Shown here: positions 7,917 to 11,919 of the stretch, piece after piece
Layout: each line of letters begins with the position of its first letter
Numbering within the stretch: the first letter of the stretch is position 1
DNA from: Nitrospinota bacterium
Lineage (GTDB): Bacteria > UBA8248
Length of the DNA stretch: 11,919 nt
Assembly: GCA_046581755.1 (NCBI GenBank)
Contig: JAYGFR010000302.1
Span: 1 to 11,919 of the forward strand
Direction: 5' to 3'
Notes under the pieces: generated by a model
The model's input: the letters and a program-made list of their open reading frames with translations, nothing else
What the model was told of the DNA's origin: nothing
Databases searched by the model: none
Program-made: the position numbers and the translations under genes

Positions 7917-9137
7917 TTAAAGAAGAAGGCTGTCATCCATCGAGCACCGGGTCAGCACTTCGTGGCCATCCTCGGTGATGAGGACCGTTTCTTCAATTCT
8001 CACGCCACCGCCGCCGACGACATCCGGCACCCAGATAAGCGGTTCGACCGCGAACACCATACCCGGCTCCAGGGGCACAACTTCCGAATCCGGGTCCGGC
8101 TCACCAATGTATGGCGGCTCGTTGGGCGATGTGCCCAGGGCATGCCCGATGCTCAGGCCGAACCAGTTTTCCTCAAGACCATACTTTCGGGCCGTCCCCC
8201 ATATTTCGTCGGCCACCTCCTGATTCGTATAGCCGGGCCGCATGCGTTCGAGCCCTTTTTCAAGAGCCTCGTAGACAGCCGTGTAAATCTTTTTTTGGAA
8301 ATCCGAAGGCTTGCCGCAGATCATCGTCCGGGCAACATCCCCGAAATACCCGTTCCACTGTGCGCCGATATCGATAAAGACAATATCGCCGTTGCGCATG
8401 ATTTTATCGGTCGCAAATCTTGCCGGGGGGGACATGTGTTCCCCCGAGGCGACAAAGGGGGAAACCAGATGCGCCATTTCAGCGGCATAATGGTGAAGCA
8501 CCTTCATGGCCTCTGCCGCCACGTCACATTCGCGCACGCCCGGCTTGACGTTCTCCATCGCCTTCTCGCAAACCGCATCCGCGATGGCGCTTGCCTCGCG
8601 GATCATATAGATCTCCTCGTCGAGCTTGTGGCGCCGGACCCGGTGCATGAGCGTATCGCCGTCCACCAGTTCTATTTCCGGCAAAATTCGCTGAAAGGCG
8701 CTGAACATGTGGTATCCCATGACATCCACGCCAAGCTTTCCGCCGATAACCCCAAGATCCTCGAGAACGGGCCGCAGGACGTTTTTTACCATCTTGTCCA
8801 TTAGCTGCTGCTCTTCCAGCTTGGGCATGCTGTGAAAATGATCGATCCAGGGCATATCGCGCGTGATCCGGGGTATTTCTCCCCCGTTCGTGAACAAGTG
8901 GGGCTTTTCGCTCTGAGTCAGGAGTGTCATCGCCCTGACCCCTTCCCGGTGCGCCAGGAATGACGCGCGAAGGCTGGTCAGATAGCGGACATTTTCAACT
9001 TTCGTCATAAAAAGCGCATCGACGCCGGCATCTTTCATGAACTGCTGCGCCTTATCGACCCGCTTCGATCGCAAGGCATCTAAATCAACACGCTGTTCGT
9101 AATCGACCATGAACTGGCCACGCGCAAATCCCGGCAT
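7917..9137 (-). CDS. M24 family metalloenzyme (Xaa-Pro peptidase/creatinase fold), 406 aa
   Basis: Creatinase-type N-domain (ENVRYLT). Pita-bread metal ligands DIGAQWNGYFGDVART (D,D), GHALG (H), AVEP (E), VRIEE (E). GGAGGT RBS 8 nt before ATG 9137, preferred over TTG 9158. Confidence 0.92.
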   Translation of the reverse strand: MPGFARGQFMVDYEQRVDLDALRSKRVDKAQQFMKDAGVDALFMTKVENVRYLTSLRASFLAHREGVRAMTLLTQSEKPHLFTNGGEIPRITRDMPWIDHFHSMPKLEEQQLMDKMVKNVLRPVLEDLGVIGGKLGVDVMGYHMFSAFQRILPEIELVDGDTLMHRVRRHKLDEEIYMIREASAIADAVCEKAMENVKPGVRECDVAAEAMKVLHHYAAEMAHLVSPFVASGEHMSPPARFATDKIMRNGDIVFIDIGAQWNGYFGDVARTMICGKPSDFQKKIYTAVYEALEKGLERMRPGYTNQEVADEIWGTARKYGLEENWFGLSIGHALGTSPNEPPYIGEPDPDSEVVPLEPGMVFAVEPLIWVPDVVGGGGVRIEETVLITEDGHEVLTRCSMDDSLLL

Positions 9138-9241
9138 ATTCAAATACCTCCCCGGCAAATAAAATCGGTTTGAGGATAGAGTTGCCCCTGCTCCCCGGAG
9201 AGGCAGGGATTTGAGAAAAAAAGGGTCAAACGGCTTTGAAC

Positions 9242-9622
9242 TTAGGGTTCTTCCACCAATTCAATCAGGACGTTATCCGGCGCTTTGATAAAGGATGTTT
9301 TGGACCCCAGGACCCCCGGTCCCGGTTTTTTTGTGAATTCAACGCCGGCTTTCTCCAATTTCTCGGCAAAAGCATCGAGGCCGTCCACCTGAATTCCGAA
9401 ATGGTGCAGCCCCCGGCCAACCTTCACCATTTCATCGTTTTCGTTAGGCCGCAGGCCGCGAATGCGGATCTCCACCCCATCCAGCATGACGCTGATATAC
9501 GGGGCGCCCATATAATCAATTTGAGGCGTGTGAAGAGTTCCGCCAAAATGCGTGATGTAGAAGTCCGCCGCTACCTGCGGATCTTTCGCGACATGGTGAA
9601 CGTGATGCACGCGATTACCCAT
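9242..9622 (-). CDS. VOC (glyoxalase/bleomycin resistance/epimerase) family protein, 126 aa
   Basis: VHHVH...FY...FG, GLHHFGIQVD and FIKAPDNVLIELVE motifs. AGAGGA RBS. Confidence 0.92.
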   Translation of the reverse strand: MGNRVHHVHHVAKDPQVAADFYITHFGGTLHTPQIDYMGAPYISVMLDGVEIRIRGLRPNENDEMVKVGRGLHHFGIQVDGLDAFAEKLEKAGVEFTKKPGPGVLGSKTSFIKAPDNVLIELVEEP

Positions 9623-9660
9623 TTTGAATCTTCCTCTATATTTTCAATTTACGAATTCCC

Positions 9661-10938
9661 TTAAAGACCGTCCCCTGCCGACACATAAGCGCCGCCCTTC
9701 ACGGGATTTTCTTCCTCGCTGCGGGCGCCCCATTGGCCGGTCAAGGCATACATCGCGCGTACTTTTTTCATGTTGTTGCCGCCATCGCTCGAAAAAAGCA
9801 TGTTGTGGCAATCGCGGAACCATTTCTCGATGAAACTTTCGCGCTGAACGCCCACTCCTGCGTGAATTTCCATCGCCATTTTGGTCACGTCACAGGAAAT
9901 TTCGTGCGCGAATGCGCTGGCCGCGAGGGTCATCGGCGGATCGACGGGAATTTCATGACGCATATCCTGGTGCCATGCGCCCTTCCAAACCAATGCCCGC
10001 GCCGCTTCGAGTTTGGTGTACATGTCCACGAGCTTGATCCCGATAGATTGGTGATGCGCGATGGGGCGCCCGCTGGCAATCCGGTTCTGGGCGAATTCGA
10101 GGGAGGCCTCATACGCCGCCCGGGCGGTGCCAATCTGCCCGGCCGCGTTGATCAAGGCATCGCCCCGCAACTGCCGCCGGATATAGGAGACGCCGCAATT
10201 TTCCGGGCCAATGCGGTATTTCACCGGAATAACCGCGTTTTCGAAAATAATCTCGGCGTTCTGGTTCAACCTGTAGCCGAGCTTGTTGTGGACCTTGCCC
10301 ATCCGAACACCGGGGGCATCCATGGGCACCATCAAAAGCGATGCGCCCTGCTCGACACCTTTGGACGGGTCGGTCCGGACAAAAGTGAACATCAACCTCG
10401 CCCATCCGACATTGGAGATGAAGTGCTTTTTCCCGTTGACGATGTAGTTGTCGCCCTCCCGGACGGCGGTGGTCCGGTAGCCTCCGTCCGCTCCGTTATA
10501 AGGAAGCTGGTTTTCAGAGCCCGATAGCGGCTCCGTCGTCGCCGTGCCGATCAGAAATGTCGGATCCTTGACATACTCGCGCAGCCAATACGCCGCCATC
10601 TCTTTGTCCTCGACGAGTTTGCTCGTCAGAATATGGGCGATTTTCGTGGAAGACAGCAAAAATCCGGTGGCCCCGCGGTCTCCCCATGAAATCTCCTCGC
10701 CCACCACGCAATGGGTCAGCAGATCGTCCACGCCGCCGCCGCCGTATTCTTTTGGAATACTCATCGTCCGCAAACCGGCCGCGTCTATTTTTTCAAGAAG
10801 ATGCGGCATATAGGCCGCTTTCAGCGGGTCTTCTTGATGATCGAGTTCAAGGCTAATCGGCCGAATTTCGTCCCTGGCGAATTCGTGGGCGATTTTTTGA
10901 TACTCCAGTTGCTTCTCGGTCAATCGAAAATCAATCAC
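9661..10938 (-). CDS. Acyl-CoA dehydrogenase family protein, 425 aa
   Basis: Motifs DFRLTEKQ, IPKEYGGGG, TEPLSGS, VNGKKHFISN, GRPIAHHQ, EIHAGVG and EKWFRD. Start is GTG 10938 behind AGAGGA. The ORF-track start at 11061 would overlap the upstream gene. Confidence 0.93.
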   Translation of the reverse strand: MIDFRLTEKQLEYQKIAHEFARDEIRPISLELDHQEDPLKAAYMPHLLEKIDAAGLRTMSIPKEYGGGGVDDLLTHCVVGEEISWGDRGATGFLLSSTKIAHILTSKLVEDKEMAAYWLREYVKDPTFLIGTATTEPLSGSENQLPYNGADGGYRTTAVREGDNYIVNGKKHFISNVGWARLMFTFVRTDPSKGVEQGASLLMVPMDAPGVRMGKVHNKLGYRLNQNAEIIFENAVIPVKYRIGPENCGVSYIRRQLRGDALINAAGQIGTARAAYEASLEFAQNRIASGRPIAHHQSIGIKLVDMYTKLEAARALVWKGAWHQDMRHEIPVDPPMTLAASAFAHEISCDVTKMAMEIHAGVGVQRESFIEKWFRDCHNMLFSSDGGNNMKKVRAMYALTGQWGARSEEENPVKGGAYVSAGDGL

Positions 10939-10994
10939 GGCGGATCCTCTTTTTGAAAGGGCTGAGAGAATGAATGGCTGTCGGTTTAAGACCG

Positions 10995-11919
10995 CTATTT
11001 TTTGATCATTTCCGCCACTTCCACGGGCTCTCCTCGTTCGGCCGATTCCATAGCCGCCCAAACGATTCCCAGAACGTGGAGACCTTCCGCTCCCCCGACC
11101 TCGGGCGAGCGTCCTTCCCGGACGGCGCCGGCGAAATCGTCGAATTCTTCAATCAGGTAGTCGTGGCCCGGATACTCTTCATAGGGAATCCGCTCCTTTT
11201 TCTCTCCGTCTTTTCGAAGCGTGAAAATCCCGTCCCAGCGGTCATGATAAAGGTTCGCCTCGTCCCCGTAGGCATTGAGAAAGTAATTGTAGCGCCCGTT
11301 CGGAGTCCTCGGGCTGATGAAGCTTGTGCCCAGGGTGCCTAGCAAACCCGATTCGAATTCAAGCCAAAGGACGCAAACGTCTGGAATTTCGGATTTGGTT
11401 TTTATCTTGCTGAACGCGGCCGAGACTTTCCGAACAGGGCCAAAGAGATAAAACAGGTTGTCCACCTGGTGGATGGCAACCTGCATGAGAGGCCCGCCGG
11501 GCGACCCCGAAGCGTACCATTGCCAATTGTCCGGGGTGTAGTGAAGACCCCGATCGTTCGAGTAGTTCGTCTCGGCCAACGCCAGCGTCCCCAAGGTCCC
11601 CTCGTCGATGATTTTTTTGAACAGGCGGTGGCCTTTCAGGCGGCGGGAGCTTGCGCCCACCGCCAAAACCGATCCGGCATCGGAGCAGGCCTCGATCATG
11701 GTGTGTGCATCCGGGATGGTCGAAGAAATGGGCTTATCCACGAAAACATGTTTCCCCTCTTTCGCGGCGGCGACGGCCAGTTCGGAATGCCTGTTGTTGG
11801 GCGCCGAAATAATGACGGCTTCCACTTCCGGATTTTTCACGAGCGCCTCGTAGGATTTCTCTTCCCCGCAGCCGAATTTTTCGCTGAACGACTTTCGCTT
11901 CTCCGGCGTCCTCGTGAAG
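10995..11919 (-). CDS. Gfo/Idh/MocA family NAD(P)-dependent oxidoreductase (5' end beyond the right window edge)
   Basis: VEAVIISAPNNRH, GKHVFVDKPIS and GGPLMQVAIHQVD motifs. The frame stays open to the window edge (FTRTPEKRKSFSEKFG...SYEALVKNP). Confidence 0.93.
   Translation of the reverse strand, partial: FTRTPEKRKSFSEKFGCGEEKSYEALVKNPEVEAVIISAPNNRHSELAVAAAKEGKHVFVDKPISSTIPDAHTMIEACSDAGSVLAVGASSRRLKGHRLFKKIIDEGTLGTLALAETNYSNDRGLHYTPDNWQWYASGSPGGPLMQVAIHQVDNLFYLFGPVRKVSAAFSKIKTKSEIPDVCVLWLEFESGLLGTLGTSFISPRTPNGRYNYFLNAYGDEANLYHDRWDGIFTLRKDGEKKERIPYEEYPGHDYLIEEFDDFAGAVREGRSPEVGGAEGLHVLGIVWAAMESAERGEPVEVAEMIKK

Noticed and set aside
9184..9232. Hairpins between the VOC and M24 genes as a terminator
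   Set aside because: On the minus strand the U-run precedes the CCCTGC...GCAGGG stem rather than following it, and the stem is imperfect. At most it is an mRNA-stability element.
6380..11853. Plus-strand ORFs opposite the carboxyltransferase, M24, VOC, ACAD and oxidoreductase genes
   Set aside because: They are antisense shadows of recognisable enzymes.
1..11919. CRISPR array, IS/transposase, integrase, prophage or defence system
   Set aside because: No regularly spaced repeats, terminal inverted repeats or nuclease/recombinase motifs were seen. The TPR protein carries no visible effector domain.

Overview
Bacterial genomic window with a mosaic composition, mostly minus-strand metabolic genes. 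From left to right it holds: (1) the 5' 3.6 kb of glutamate synthase large subunit gltB, which runs off the left edge and is missing from the ORF track. It is preceded by a sigma70-like promoter, a palindromic operator and a terminator-like leader. (2) A structured ~230-nt intergenic stretch. (3) A 151-aa hypothetical gene. (4) A plus-strand TPR protein convergent with a stand-alone pyruvate/oxaloacetate carboxyltransferase (OadA/PycB/transcarboxylase-5S type, no biotin-carrier domain), whose 3' end appears to change frame at an A5 run. (5) A probable catabolic operon: Gfo/Idh/MocA oxidoreductase (runs off the right edge), acyl-CoA dehydrogenase-family protein, VOC protein and M24 metalloenzyme, with non-canonical active-site residues in the last-named enzyme and the dehydrogenase. 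No mobile element, CRISPR array, rRNA or intact tRNA was seen. The best leads are the candidate attenuator in the gltB leader, the -1 frame switch in the carboxyltransferase, and the atypical M24/ACAD pathway. None of these is demonstrated to be a novel system from sequence alone.
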